Virus genome (UHGV): UHGV-1421593
From: a virus
Strand: one strand, 5' to 3'
Length of the DNA stretch: 32,886 nt
The notes beneath the pieces are model-generated. The model had not been told where the DNA came from and searched no databases. It saw nothing but the letters and a program-made list of their open reading frames with translations. Shown piece by piece: positions 14,646 through 24,084 of the stretch (its first letter is position 1; each line of letters begins with the position of its first letter). A program made the position numbers and the translations under genes.

Positions 14646-16192
14646 GTATTAGAGATTTTTTCACATTTAAAAAAGCAGAACCGAAAACACGTAAACAGAA
14701 ACAGAAACTGGTAATTGATAACGAGCAAGCATATGGCTCACAGTTACAGCGTATTCTTGGTCCTCGAACTGACCGTTTAGATGGCGACTTTCAAGAGAAC
14801 CTGATTACGACTGCAACGATTAATAACGAGATTCGAACTTATGCCGATGGCATTCGTAATATGTCTCGAACTCTTTCGATTAATACACCAGTTGGTAAAC
14901 GTGCTGTTCAATATCAAGTTGATAACGTTATCGGTGAAGGTATTAACCCACAATTGCGTATTCTGGGAACAAACGGAAAGCCAAGCAAGAAACTGAACTC
15001 TATGATTATGGACCAGTTCAGCTATTGGTCAAGTTCAGCAAAACGTTTCAGTAAAAATGAAAGAATGAACTGGCGCAGATTTCAAGAACTCGTTGAACGT
15101 TCAAGATTTGTTGACGGCGAGGTTTTTATTCGTATTCACGAATCTGATACTGAATTTAAGCTTGAAATTATCGAAGCTTCACGCTGTAAATTTGGCGACA
15201 GAGAAACCTCCGACAACGGTTATGTTCTTGATGGTATCGAATATAATAACGATGATGTTCCAGTTCGTTACTGGTTTAACACAATAAGCAAAGCAACACA
15301 GACTTCATCTGGTAAATCTGAAGGTATCGACGCTGAAAATATTATTCACTATTACAGAGAATTGTTCCCTGATCAACGCAGAGGCATTCCTGAATGTGTA
15401 GCGAATATTGATGTTATGAACCAATATGATGCTTTCACAAAAGCAACGTTGATTCAGAAACGCGCCGCAGCAAGCTCTATGGGTTTCATCACTCAAGACA
15501 AAGACGGTCAAGATAATATCGAAATTGATAGCGATAACGAAGGCATTGAAGAATCTCCTGATGTTATTCAAAACTTTGAATCAGGGACAATTCATAAACT
15601 TCCTGCTGGTTACGATATAAAGCAGTTTAGCTCTACTCAGGGCGGTGACGACTTTATGAACTTCACGAATCGTCTGGAAGACCTGCTTGCTATGGGTTAC
15701 GGTTTTTACAAACAAGGTTGGAAAGGTGACACAGCAAATATTAACTATTCTGCTGCCCGCTTCGGTGATCTTGCACAACGCGTAATGTTTAAATCAGTTC
15801 AGCGTAATATTAAAGAACAGGTTTTTGATGTTATTTTTGAACGTTGGTTACAATGGTCAATTATCAGAGAAACCGTTAATTTGAAAATGACAACTATTCC
15901 TTCAGTTCTTCGTCAGACTGTTTGGACATATCCTCAATGGCAAAGTATCGACCCAATTAAAGATACTCAGAAGGATATTTTTGATGTTGAAAACGGATTC
16001 AAATCTGCTTCTGATATTATTATTGCTCGCGGTGAAGACCCGGATATTGTATTTGCTCAGGTTGAACAAGAAAGAACTCGTTATGTTCCGAAATACGATA
16101 ATCAAATTAAAGTTGCTGCTGCACCTGCTGCATTAACGGCTGATGCTCAAGTGGAAGTTGCTGAAATTAATTCGGATAACTCGGTGGAATAA
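14642..16192 (+). CDS. Portal protein (lambda gpB-like)
   Basis: 516 aa, ATGA overlap with the upstream gene, in the canonical position between gpW-like and prohead protease genes. Assigned mainly by size and synteny. Confidence 0.75.
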   Translation: MSIRDFFTFKKAEPKTRKQKQKLVIDNEQAYGSQLQRILGPRTDRLDGDFQENLITTATINNEIRTYADGIRNMSRTLSINTPVGKRAVQYQVDNVIGEGINPQLRILGTNGKPSKKLNSMIMDQFSYWSSSAKRFSKNERMNWRRFQELVERSRFVDGEVFIRIHESDTEFKLEIIEASRCKFGDRETSDNGYVLDGIEYNNDDVPVRYWFNTISKATQTSSGKSEGIDAENIIHYYRELFPDQRRGIPECVANIDVMNQYDAFTKATLIQKRAAASSMGFITQDKDGQDNIEIDSDNEGIEESPDVIQNFESGTIHKLPAGYDIKQFSSTQGGDDFMNFTNRLEDLLAMGYGFYKQGWKGDTANINYSAARFGDLAQRVMFKSVQRNIKEQVFDVIFERWLQWSIIRETVNLKMTTIPSVLRQTVWTYPQWQSIDPIKDTQKDIFDVENGFKSASDIIIARGEDPDIVFAQVEQERTRYVPKYDNQIKVAAAPAALTADAQVEVAEINSDNSVE

Positions 16193-16251
16193 CACTAAAT
16201 ACATTCAGAAAAACAAAGAGCGTCGAAAGACGCTCCAACAGAGGACTGGTA

Positions 16252-18156
16252 ATGCTAAAACTTAAGCGCGATTACACAGTTCAGGGTATTGATTCTGTTG
16301 ATGGTGTTTTTGAAATTGCGTTCAGTTCTGAAACTCCTGTTGAAAGACAGATTCAGGATGAATACGGTCAAAACATTACTGTTAATGAAATTCTCGTTCA
16401 TGACGGCTCACATAACGCTGACTTGACCCGAATTAATAACGGTGCTGCTTTGCTGTTTAACCATGATTTTGATAAACACTTGGGAATCGTTATTCCTGAT
16501 TCTGTTCGAATCGATGAAGACAAAATAGGACGAGCAAAAGTCCAATTCAGTCAACACGGTGAATTAGCTAAAGAAATCGGTGCAAAAGTTCAAGAAGGAA
16601 CAATTAGTAAAATCTCTTTCGGATATGACATTAATGAATATCACTTAGAAGGCGACAATCTTATTGTTACGAAATGGGCACCATATGAAATTTCTTTCGT
16701 CACTGTTCCTGCTGACGATAAAGTCGGTTTGGGAAGACTACTAAATACAGATACAACAAACAAACTTAACAAAGGTACTCGAATGAAACGTATTGATGAA
16801 ATGACTAAAGATGAACTGGCAGAAATGACTATCGATGAAATTGAAATGCTGTCCGATGAAGATCGTGCAAAGCGTGAAGAAATTCTGGAAGAAGTAGTCG
16901 TTGAAAATGAAAACGCTGGTGATTCTGCTGTTGAAAAAACTGATGACGCTCCTGCTGCTGTTCCTGCTGGTGACGAACTGACAGAAGAAGAACGCGAAGA
17001 AGAAGCGGAAGAAATTCTTGAAATCGCACAACGCTACAAAGTAGCACAGAAAGACGTTGCAAGCGCTATCGCTAAAGGCATGACCGCACGTCAATTCAAA
17101 CGCTCTATTAAACCTAATAAATCTGCAACGGTGATTCGCAACATGACTAAAGATACTAAACAAACTCTGGAAAATAAATTCGACCTTGGCGATGCTGTTC
17201 GCTCTATGATGAATGGTAAAGCTGTTCGCGGTGCTGCTGCTGAATATACTCAAGAAATGTCCCGTAAGCGTCTGATGCGCGGTGCTAACGTTTCTCAAGG
17301 TATCTATATGCCAGTTAGTGCTCTGCAAGGCAAACGCGCTATTAACACTGTATCAACTGTTTCCGCAGTACAAGAAACTGTTCAGCGTTATGATTCATTC
17401 GTTGAAATGCTGTTGAAAGACACTGTTGCTGATAAGCTGGGAGTTAACTTCCTGACTGGTCTGACTACTCCGATTTCTGTTCCTAAGCAGACAAAATCAA
17501 GTGTTGATGCATTCGGTTTCGTTGATGAAAACGGTGAATCTCCAGAAGGCGAAAGCAAATTCGAAAACATTCAGTTTATGCCTAAGACATTTACTGGTGG
17601 TAACCCGATTTCTCGTCAAGCTCTGTTGACTCTGCCTAATCTGGGTGCGTTCATTTCTGACCATATCGTGAATTTCTCACGCGCTAAACTGGAAGGTCTG
17701 ATGTTCGGTTCTATTACCGACGCAAAAGCTCCTCAGTCTATCGTTGCTCAGTTAGTAGCAAAACAGATGGGAATGACCTACAAAGAATTCGTTGTTGAAG
17801 CTGCTAAAGCTAAAGGCGACGGCGTAGCAATGGACAAGTTCAAATATTTGATGGCTGCTGCTCTTGAAGGTGATTTGAAAACCACTCTGCGTGACGCTGG
17901 TGTTGCTGGTTATATCATCGACGACCTGAACAAACTGGGCGGACATGATGTTATCGGTTCCGGTCTTGTTAAAGAAGGTCAGGTTATCTCTGGTGACTTC
18001 TCTGCTGTAACCGTAGCTGAGTGGGAAGGTCTTGCTCTTGACCTAGACGACACAACTTACCGTAACAAAGGCGCTATCGTTCCTCGCGTTTGGGCTGATA
18101 TCGATTGGAAAGTTTGTGCTGATGATCGTCTGTTCCTGCACGAAAAAAAAGCCTAA
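16252..18156 (+). CDS. Prohead protease (HK97 S78/U35-type) - acidic scaffold-like linker - major capsid protein fusion
   Basis: N-terminal protease motifs LFNHDFDKHLGIV, ISFGYD, EISFVTVPADDKV. Acidic coiled linker EEEREEEAEEILE. C-terminal ~330 aa capsid-like domain. 634 aa. Confidence 0.78.
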   Translation: MLKLKRDYTVQGIDSVDGVFEIAFSSETPVERQIQDEYGQNITVNEILVHDGSHNADLTRINNGAALLFNHDFDKHLGIVIPDSVRIDEDKIGRAKVQFSQHGELAKEIGAKVQEGTISKISFGYDINEYHLEGDNLIVTKWAPYEISFVTVPADDKVGLGRLLNTDTTNKLNKGTRMKRIDEMTKDELAEMTIDEIEMLSDEDRAKREEILEEVVVENENAGDSAVEKTDDAPAAVPAGDELTEEEREEEAEEILEIAQRYKVAQKDVASAIAKGMTARQFKRSIKPNKSATVIRNMTKDTKQTLENKFDLGDAVRSMMNGKAVRGAAAEYTQEMSRKRLMRGANVSQGIYMPVSALQGKRAINTVSTVSAVQETVQRYDSFVEMLLKDTVADKLGVNFLTGLTTPISVPKQTKSSVDAFGFVDENGESPEGESKFENIQFMPKTFTGGNPISRQALLTLPNLGAFISDHIVNFSRAKLEGLMFGSITDAKAPQSIVAQLVAKQMGMTYKEFVVEAAKAKGDGVAMDKFKYLMAAALEGDLKTTLRDAGVAGYIIDDLNKLGGHDVIGSGLVKEGQVISGDFSAVTVAEWEGLALDLDDTTYRNKGAIVPRVWADIDWKVCADDRLFLHEKKA

Positions 18157-18195
18157 GAAAAGCAAAAGCGAAAGCTGAAACTGCTGAATAATCAG

Positions 18196-18221
18196 AGGAC
18201 TCCTTCGGGAGTCCTTTTTTC
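18196..18221 (+). terminator. Rho-independent terminator (GGACTCC-ttcg-GGAGTCC-TTTTTT)
   Basis: Perfect 7-bp stem with T6 tract after the capsid gene. Confidence 0.7.
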
Positions 18222-18255
18222 GTTTCTGGACTAAATATAATAAAAAGGAGACAAC

Positions 18256-18552
18256 ATGATTTTTCCATATTCAGAAAAACAAAAACAGTCTTTCTTAACT
18301 CGTTTCGGACAGAAAATCAAAATTAACGATTCTGATGAACTCGGTATTGTTGAAATTGAGATTAACAACGATAACGGACAAGTAAGCGAGACAATCTATA
18401 TAACCGCTGATATCAATAAAGTTAAGCAAGAAGATGAAGTTCTATTAAACGAGATTCTGTATACCATTGCGTATCTTGTTAATGATGGTTCAGGACTTGC
18501 TAATTGCTATCTGGCATTTAAAGGCGAACAGGAGACATCATTCTATGACTAA
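18256..18552 (+). CDS. Hypothetical head or head-tail connector protein
   Basis: 98 aa ORF with GGAG Shine-Dalgarno, located between capsid and tail genes. Confidence 0.45.
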   Translation: MIFPYSEKQKQSFLTRFGQKIKINDSDELGIVEIEINNDNGQVSETIYITADINKVKQEDEVLLNEILYTIAYLVNDGSGLANCYLAFKGEQETSFYD

Positions 18553-18943
18553 TCTGCCACGTTTAGGAATTAAACGCGCTCTGGAAGAAATAATCGTTAA
18601 AGAACTTAATCTGAAATACGTCAAAAACGCTTTCACAACTGGTGTTAAAGAACCTGTTCAAGTAATGATTCCAGGAATGACAGAAGAATATACGCGAATC
18701 GGTTTGCAATCGAAACTTGCAAGTGTTCTTAGTATCACGATTGATATTTTCTCAGAGAAAAGCGAAACCGGCGTTCACAAAGCCGTTTACGACTTAATTT
18801 CTATTAATGCTAATCATGAAAAACTTATCCCATTTAAAATCGATAAGATTTATCCAAGTTCAAGTTTCACTGATTATGATAGTGAAGCATCAAATGGTCA
18901 TGTTAGCGCACAAATAATTTTAACTTTCGAATACTTAATGTGA
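18545..18943 (+). CDS. Hypothetical head-tail joining protein
   Basis: Start at ATG 18545 (MTNLPRLG) overlapping the previous stop (ATGACTAA), replacing the track's 18467 start. 132 aa. Confidence 0.45.
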   Translation: MTNLPRLGIKRALEEIIVKELNLKYVKNAFTTGVKEPVQVMIPGMTEEYTRIGLQSKLASVLSITIDIFSEKSETGVHKAVYDLISINANHEKLIPFKIDKIYPSSSFTDYDSEASNGHVSAQIILTFEYLM

Positions 18944-18950
18944 GACTAAA

Positions 18951-19976
18951 ATGACAAACGATATTTTTGTAGGAAATAACGTCAGAGTTTCAGTTAATCC
19001 GCTAATCGTTGAAATCCCAGGATATAACGACCCAGGTTATGTAAGCACTGATAAACTGGCTGCATTCCCTGTTATCGGATTTAGAAAAGAAGTTCAGACA
19101 CTAGAAGATTACAGAACCGATTTTACAACGAAACTTTCAGGTGACGTAACAATTAATGACACTTCAATAAGCTTATTTGAAGACAGTTCTGACCCAGTTT
19201 ATCAGTTGCTTGATGAAGCTCTTATGGAAAAGAAACTCCTTAGATTCAGAAGTCTTTATGTTATCGATGGAGAAACAAAGAAAGATAATGATGCTGGTCT
19301 TTATCATATTTTTAATGCTTATGTAACTAAGAAAGAAACAACAGGCTCCGAAAACTCAGTCGTTACAACAACTTTTAATCTTTCTCCTGATGGTCAGTTG
19401 TTTACAGGTTTTGCTGAATTCTCGGTTCCGTTAAACGTTGGCGATTATGGTATTGGTGCTGGTACAGAAGAAATCGCAGGTGTTAAAGACTTAGGATTAT
19501 TAACTGGTAACAGATGTGTAACAGTCGATGCAACAAACAGCGATAACCCTTATAACTCTGGCACGTCTGCTATGGCTATTCAGCATCCTGATGGTCAAGG
19601 TTGGGAGCTTATTGGTTCGTCAGTCGGTAATCCAAGCATCAGAATCAGAAACAAACAACAAAGCGGTGAAACTGTTACTGAATCTCCGTGGGTCAAAGTC
19701 TATACAGAACTTGAACGTCCAACTCCTGAAGATATTAATGCTTTGCCTATTACTGGTGGAGAACTCAAAGGATCTTTGACTATTCAGGAATATCTGAACG
19801 TTCGTAAAAAGATTTCTGCGCCACAAGGTGAAATCTTGGCTCTAAATAGTAATGAAATTAACTCAACTTCTGTCAAGGTCAAAGGCAAAGAAGTCTATTC
19901 TCCAAGTAATAAACCAACGCCATTAGAGATTAATTGTGTAGCGTTAGGAGAAACCTTAGACGCAGGAGTATTTTAA
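18951..19976 (+). CDS. Tail tube (major tail protein-like) paralogue with ~180-aa C-terminal extension
   Basis: N-terminal ~160 aa aligns with the 23134-23610 product (DIFVGNNVRVSVN...EIPGY...AFPVIGFRKEVQT versus DIFAGSYVSVFYN...EIPETGAFPSTGIEREVIT; KLSG/KLVG; YVIDGETKK/YWIDATKK). Confidence 0.5.
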   Translation: MTNDIFVGNNVRVSVNPLIVEIPGYNDPGYVSTDKLAAFPVIGFRKEVQTLEDYRTDFTTKLSGDVTINDTSISLFEDSSDPVYQLLDEALMEKKLLRFRSLYVIDGETKKDNDAGLYHIFNAYVTKKETTGSENSVVTTTFNLSPDGQLFTGFAEFSVPLNVGDYGIGAGTEEIAGVKDLGLLTGNRCVTVDATNSDNPYNSGTSAMAIQHPDGQGWELIGSSVGNPSIRIRNKQQSGETVTESPWVKVYTELERPTPEDINALPITGGELKGSLTIQEYLNVRKKISAPQGEILALNSNEINSTSVKVKGKEVYSPSNKPTPLEINCVALGETLDAGVF

Positions 19977-19988
19977 CGGATAAAGAAA

Positions 19989-22900
19989 ATGGCAAATAAT
20001 AAAGTTAAACATTATAGAACAGACGTCGCCGGAAGAAAGCCAGAAGCGAAAAACATGCTTGATGGTGAAATCGCTATTAACTTAGCCGATAAAAAGATTT
20101 TCACTAAATTCGGTGACGCTGTTATTAACATCGGTAATGGTGCTGACGCTGTTGTTGAAGGCGGTCAGACCTTTACTGGTAAAATTAAAGCAAGTGATAT
20201 TGAATCCGATTCTAATCTGACTTTAAAAAATCTTGATAAAAGCGATATTGTTTTTGCTGATGAACACGACAAAGCAAAAGCGCGTATTAGTTCTCCTGCT
20301 CAAGCAGACGCTAAAGGTGAACTTCGTGTTACGGTAGCGAAAGGAAAAGCTACAGGAGAGAGTTCTGACTTTGTGCTTAACGGTAATGGTCAGTTATCTT
20401 TACCTGCTGCTCCTGTTGCTCCTGAAAGCGCTACGCGTAAAGATTACGTTGATTCTGAAATCAGTAAAGTCCAAACAGGCTCAAGTGCTGACCTGACGAA
20501 ACTCGAACAGAAAGTTGATGCTAACGACGCTGCTATTAACACTCGCGTTGATAATCTGAATTCAAAAGTTGATCAGAACGACGCTGCTATTAATACGAAA
20601 GTTGATGCGAATAAAGCTGATGCTGACGAAAAGATTAAAGCTGTTAACGACCGTCTGACTGTTGATAATCAGACTCTGACTAATATGATTAACGAAAAAG
20701 TTAGTAAGTCTGGTGATACTATGACAGGCAATTTGACAGTTCCTTCTGTTCATGCTGCTGGTGATGTATACGCTGGAACTTTGAAAGTTACATCTGCTGG
20801 TAATAACGGTGGTGTTCTGAGTATTGAAAACCACGGCAGAACTTCAAAGACTATTCATCAAATTGCATACGCAACGGATACGGATGATCGACTGTTATTT
20901 CGTCGTGATGCTAACGAAGGAACCGACGCATTAGATCTAATGACCATGGCTTGGGGAAAGACAGGCAGAGGAATGTCAATTGATATTTCAGGTCAAGCTA
21001 GAATCACTGATACAGTAACAACTCCTTTAATGTCCGTTGCAAGCAACTTTGCCGTTGGAAATTCACTGGGTTTAAACTCTATCGCTATTGGTGATTCCGA
21101 CACTGGTTTTAAATGGAGACAAGACGGTTGGTTAAACTTCTATTCTAATAACGTTGTAACAGCTTCTATCGCAGGATCTGAAAACTACTTTAATAGAAAA
21201 ACTTATTTCCGTTTCAGAAGTGATGATGGCGATTCGAATCTGTTGGCTCCTGAAGGTCAGGCATTAATTCAAATCGATACGACAACAGATGGGAATAACG
21301 TTGGTGATTCCACGACTTATTTCGGATTAGTTAATGGTGGAAAATACAATCATTATCTGAGAGGTAAAGGCAGAACGTATATTGATACTCATGAAGGTCT
21401 CGGCGTTGCTGGTCCTGCAAGTTTCTATCAGACGATTTTTAACAACAAAGGATACGGAAGTTACGATAGTGAATCATTGCCAACTTGGACAGATGCTGCG
21501 TATCAATCGAATCATTTAAGAAAAGTAAGAGCTAAAAACGGCGGAGCAATTTTTCATGAAGCTGTTGTTGCCGAACACGGTGATTCTAGAGCTAGTCAGT
21601 CTATAAGCTGGTATCACGGTAATGGTCCTGAAAACTTCATCGCATCGATGCAGATTGACGGAACAATTAACGCAACTCGTTTTAATACGTCTGCTGAATA
21701 TGAAGCGATTAACATCAAAACGAAAAATCGCGAAGCTGCTTATATTAGAGGCACAGACGGTGACAAAACTTCATGGTTATTTGGTCGTTTGAATCCCGGT
21801 GATAACAGGTTAATTGCTCGTTCTACTATCGACCAAGACGGAAGTTCTACTGTTGACTTGGAGATGGATTCAGGAAGCAAATACTTCGGTGTTAATGTTG
21901 GTGGGAATAGAATTGCAAGATTTCATGAAAAAAATATTATTATCGACGGAAGAAAGTGGGCTGCTGACAATAGTCACGCTTGGGCAGACCAATGGAATCA
22001 ACTTCCTCCTGTTGCTATAGAATTTGGTGCTGTTCCTTCTGGAAGTGATTATTATCCTGGATATGCATTACAAAGTAGCTCTGTTGGTTTTGGTTATTCA
22101 ACTCGATTCGAACTCGGTATGATTCGTGCTCCTGCTGATCAATTCGGTAGAGGTATTCTTCGTGTGGGAACATATGAAGAAGGTGCGTCGAAAACGATGG
22201 CGAATTACGAGTTCAGTATTGACGGAAGATTCGCAGTTCCTGGCAAAATTAATACTCCTTATCTAGAAACTTCTAGAATTACAAGTTTTGCTGTAGGTAA
22301 TACGAATAACGGTCTAGGCGGTAATTCAATTGCCTTCGGTGATCACGATACTGGTATTCGTCAGCAGGTTGACGGTATTCTTGAATTTCATGCTAATGGA
22401 TTTCATTCGATGTCTATCGATTCTGCTCAAGTTTGGTTAAACAGACATTTGAATATTTCTGCTCCTAACCACGGTCGTGGTGTTTATGTCAACGGTAATC
22501 GAGAAGGTGCCAGCAATTCGATGATTCAAGGTCAAGTCGAAGGATGGGCTGATTGGGGTTCATGGCGTGAACGTCCTGCGGGAATGATTGTTGAAGCTTC
22601 TGCTCGTTCGAAATGCATTAATATCTGGAAACATGTTCACTGGGGCACAGAATATAGTGCTGCAATGGACGTTTATAATCCCGACGGTGCAGGTCCTGAA
22701 GCCCAATTACACGTTGGTGGTGCAAACTATCATTTCAGCGGTAACGGAACAGCAAACGCCATTTCTTGGGTTAGCACTTCTGATAAACGTCTGAAATCAA
22801 ATTTTGAAGAAATTGAAAACGCGGTTGATAAAGTCGAGAAACTTACTGGTTACGTATACGATAAGAAATCTGATTTAGTCGAAACTGAATATTCATTCGA

Positions 22901-23072
22901 AGTTCGTGAAGCAGGTATTATTGCTCAAGAACTGAAAGAAGTATTACCAGAAGCTGTTAGTTCTTTCGGACCTGACGAAATTCTTGGTGTTAACTCTGCT
23001 GCTGTAAACGCGTTGCTGGTTAATGCTATCAAGGAATTAAGTGCTCGCGTTAAAGAACTTGAAGCTAAATAA
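19989..23072 (+). CDS. Long tail fibre with C-terminal intramolecular chaperone (peptidase S74) domain
   Basis: 1027 aa. Conserved fibre N-terminus, tandem 18-aa repeats (KVDANDAAINTRVD / KVDQNDAAINTKVD), C-terminal autocleavage motif SDKRLKSNFEEIENAVDKVEKLTGYVYDKK. Confidence 0.85.
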   Translation: MANNKVKHYRTDVAGRKPEAKNMLDGEIAINLADKKIFTKFGDAVINIGNGADAVVEGGQTFTGKIKASDIESDSNLTLKNLDKSDIVFADEHDKAKARISSPAQADAKGELRVTVAKGKATGESSDFVLNGNGQLSLPAAPVAPESATRKDYVDSEISKVQTGSSADLTKLEQKVDANDAAINTRVDNLNSKVDQNDAAINTKVDANKADADEKIKAVNDRLTVDNQTLTNMINEKVSKSGDTMTGNLTVPSVHAAGDVYAGTLKVTSAGNNGGVLSIENHGRTSKTIHQIAYATDTDDRLLFRRDANEGTDALDLMTMAWGKTGRGMSIDISGQARITDTVTTPLMSVASNFAVGNSLGLNSIAIGDSDTGFKWRQDGWLNFYSNNVVTASIAGSENYFNRKTYFRFRSDDGDSNLLAPEGQALIQIDTTTDGNNVGDSTTYFGLVNGGKYNHYLRGKGRTYIDTHEGLGVAGPASFYQTIFNNKGYGSYDSESLPTWTDAAYQSNHLRKVRAKNGGAIFHEAVVAEHGDSRASQSISWYHGNGPENFIASMQIDGTINATRFNTSAEYEAINIKTKNREAAYIRGTDGDKTSWLFGRLNPGDNRLIARSTIDQDGSSTVDLEMDSGSKYFGVNVGGNRIARFHEKNIIIDGRKWAADNSHAWADQWNQLPPVAIEFGAVPSGSDYYPGYALQSSSVGFGYSTRFELGMIRAPADQFGRGILRVGTYEEGASKTMANYEFSIDGRFAVPGKINTPYLETSRITSFAVGNTNNGLGGNSIAFGDHDTGIRQQVDGILEFHANGFHSMSIDSAQVWLNRHLNISAPNHGRGVYVNGNREGASNSMIQGQVEGWADWGSWRERPAGMIVEASARSKCINIWKHVHWGTEYSAAMDVYNPDGAGPEAQLHVGGANYHFSGNGTANAISWVSTSDKRLKSNFEEIENAVDKVEKLTGYVYDKKSDLVETEYSFEVREAGIIAQELKEVLPEAVSSFGPDEILGVNSAAVNALLVNAIKELSARVKELEAK
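20511..20615 (+). repeat. Tandem ~54-nt direct repeat inside the tail fibre gene
   Basis: GTTGATNNNAACGACGCTGCTATTAA at 20514-20540 and 20568-20594. Confidence 0.6.
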
Positions 23073-23077
23073 CAAAA

Positions 23078-23093
23078 AGGGGAGAAATCCCCT
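23078..23093 (+). terminator. Candidate terminator hairpin (AGGGGA-gaaa-TCCCCT)
   Basis: Perfect 6-bp stem after the fibre gene; short T-tract only. Confidence 0.4.
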
Positions 23094-23133
23094 TTGCTAA
23101 ATAAACTATATTAACTCAAATAGGAAATTAAAA

Positions 23134-23610
23134 ATGGCAGACAAATTTGATATTTTTGCTGGCTCTTACGTCAGTGTGTTCTATAACTCAGAAATTGCAA
23201 ACACCGATCTGAATTCAGAAAAGTTTGTTGAAATTCCTGAAACTGGTGCATTCCCTTCTACGGGTATTGAACGCGAAGTTATTACAGCTCCTAACTTCTC
23301 TCACAAATACTCCCGTAAACTGGTTGGTCGTGGCTCTGTTCCTGATATCGACTTGACCGTTAACTATATTCCAGAAAGCGTTCATGATGTTCTGATTAAG
23401 CTTGCGGAAGATGGTAAACGTGGTCAGTTTAAAATCGTTTATTGGATTGATGCTACTAAAAAACTGGGTGTTGCAAAAGTTTATAACGGCTTCTTGTCAA
23501 GCGCTGTTCATAATGGCGGTGAATCAGAAGTTCAAGGTCTGACAATGACACTGAGTGTTGATGGTGGTCCTGTTGTTTCTGGTGTTGTTGATTTGACATC
23601 AAGTGATTAA
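23134..23610 (+). CDS. Major tail (tube) protein, lambda gpV N-domain-like
   Basis: 158 aa. Pattern matches the lambda V tube domain (GAGTTLWVYKG...KVKDLTPGEL... versus AGSYVSVFYN...FVEIPETGAF...). Followed by a strong terminator. Confidence 0.6.
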   Translation: MADKFDIFAGSYVSVFYNSEIANTDLNSEKFVEIPETGAFPSTGIEREVITAPNFSHKYSRKLVGRGSVPDIDLTVNYIPESVHDVLIKLAEDGKRGQFKIVYWIDATKKLGVAKVYNGFLSSAVHNGGESEVQGLTMTLSVDGGPVVSGVVDLTSSD

Positions 23611-23617
23611 TTAAAAA

Positions 23618-23640
23618 GACTCCGCAAGGGGTCTTTTTTT
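23618..23640 (+). terminator. Rho-independent terminator (GACTCC-gcaa-GGGGTC-TTTTTTT)
   Basis: 6-bp stem (one G-U pair) with T7 tract. Confidence 0.65.
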
Positions 23641-23667
23641 GGCTCTAAATAAAGTCAGAGGTGAAAC

Positions 23668-24084
23668 ATGTTTAAATTTCAGGCTGACTTATCAAAATTA
23701 CTTAATCGCTATATCAATCAGCAACACGTTTTCGGTCAAAACGACTGTAATATCCTTGTTGCTGAATATATCGACCTTGTTTGTGCTACTGAATACACAG
23801 ACAAATTAAAAGACAAATACACGAGTATTCCTGAAGGACTGAAGATCTGTAAAGACCTAACAGGATTTAATAACGTTCTCGAAGCGTGTGAAACGCATCT
23901 TGAGAAATCAGAAACTATAGAAACAGGCTCGGTTATCTTAATTAAGAAAAAGCATAAAAACCGAATCTATTACGTTGCGTCTATCGTTTTTAATAATAGA
24001 GCATTAGTTGAACATGAAAATAAATATCAACTGATAAACGTCAACGATTTTAATTTTGAATTAATTTTTAACAGGAGAAAATAA
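23668..24084 (+). CDS. Putative tail tip protein with NlpC/P60-like Cys-His signature (gpK-like)
   Basis: 138 aa immediately upstream of the gpJ-like gene. GQNDCNILVAEY (candidate Cys) and ...KKKHKNRIYYVASIV...LVEHEN (candidate His residues). Weak call. Confidence 0.3.
   Translation: MFKFQADLSKLLNRYINQQHVFGQNDCNILVAEYIDLVCATEYTDKLKDKYTSIPEGLKICKDLTGFNNVLEACETHLEKSETIETGSVILIKKKHKNRIYYVASIVFNNRALVEHENKYQLINVNDFNFELIFNRRK

Noticed and set aside
16501-16515. GTTCGAATC, a tRNA T-loop-like motif
   Set aside because: Lies inside the protease-capsid coding sequence with no cloverleaf context. No tRNA-like structure was found in any intergenic region.
16741-17328. 195-aa minus-strand ORF (and 16829-17062) inside the protease-capsid gene
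   Set aside because: Antisense to a well-supported structural gene, low-complexity Phe/Ser-rich translation, no start signals. Likely an artefact of the acidic repeat region on the opposite strand.
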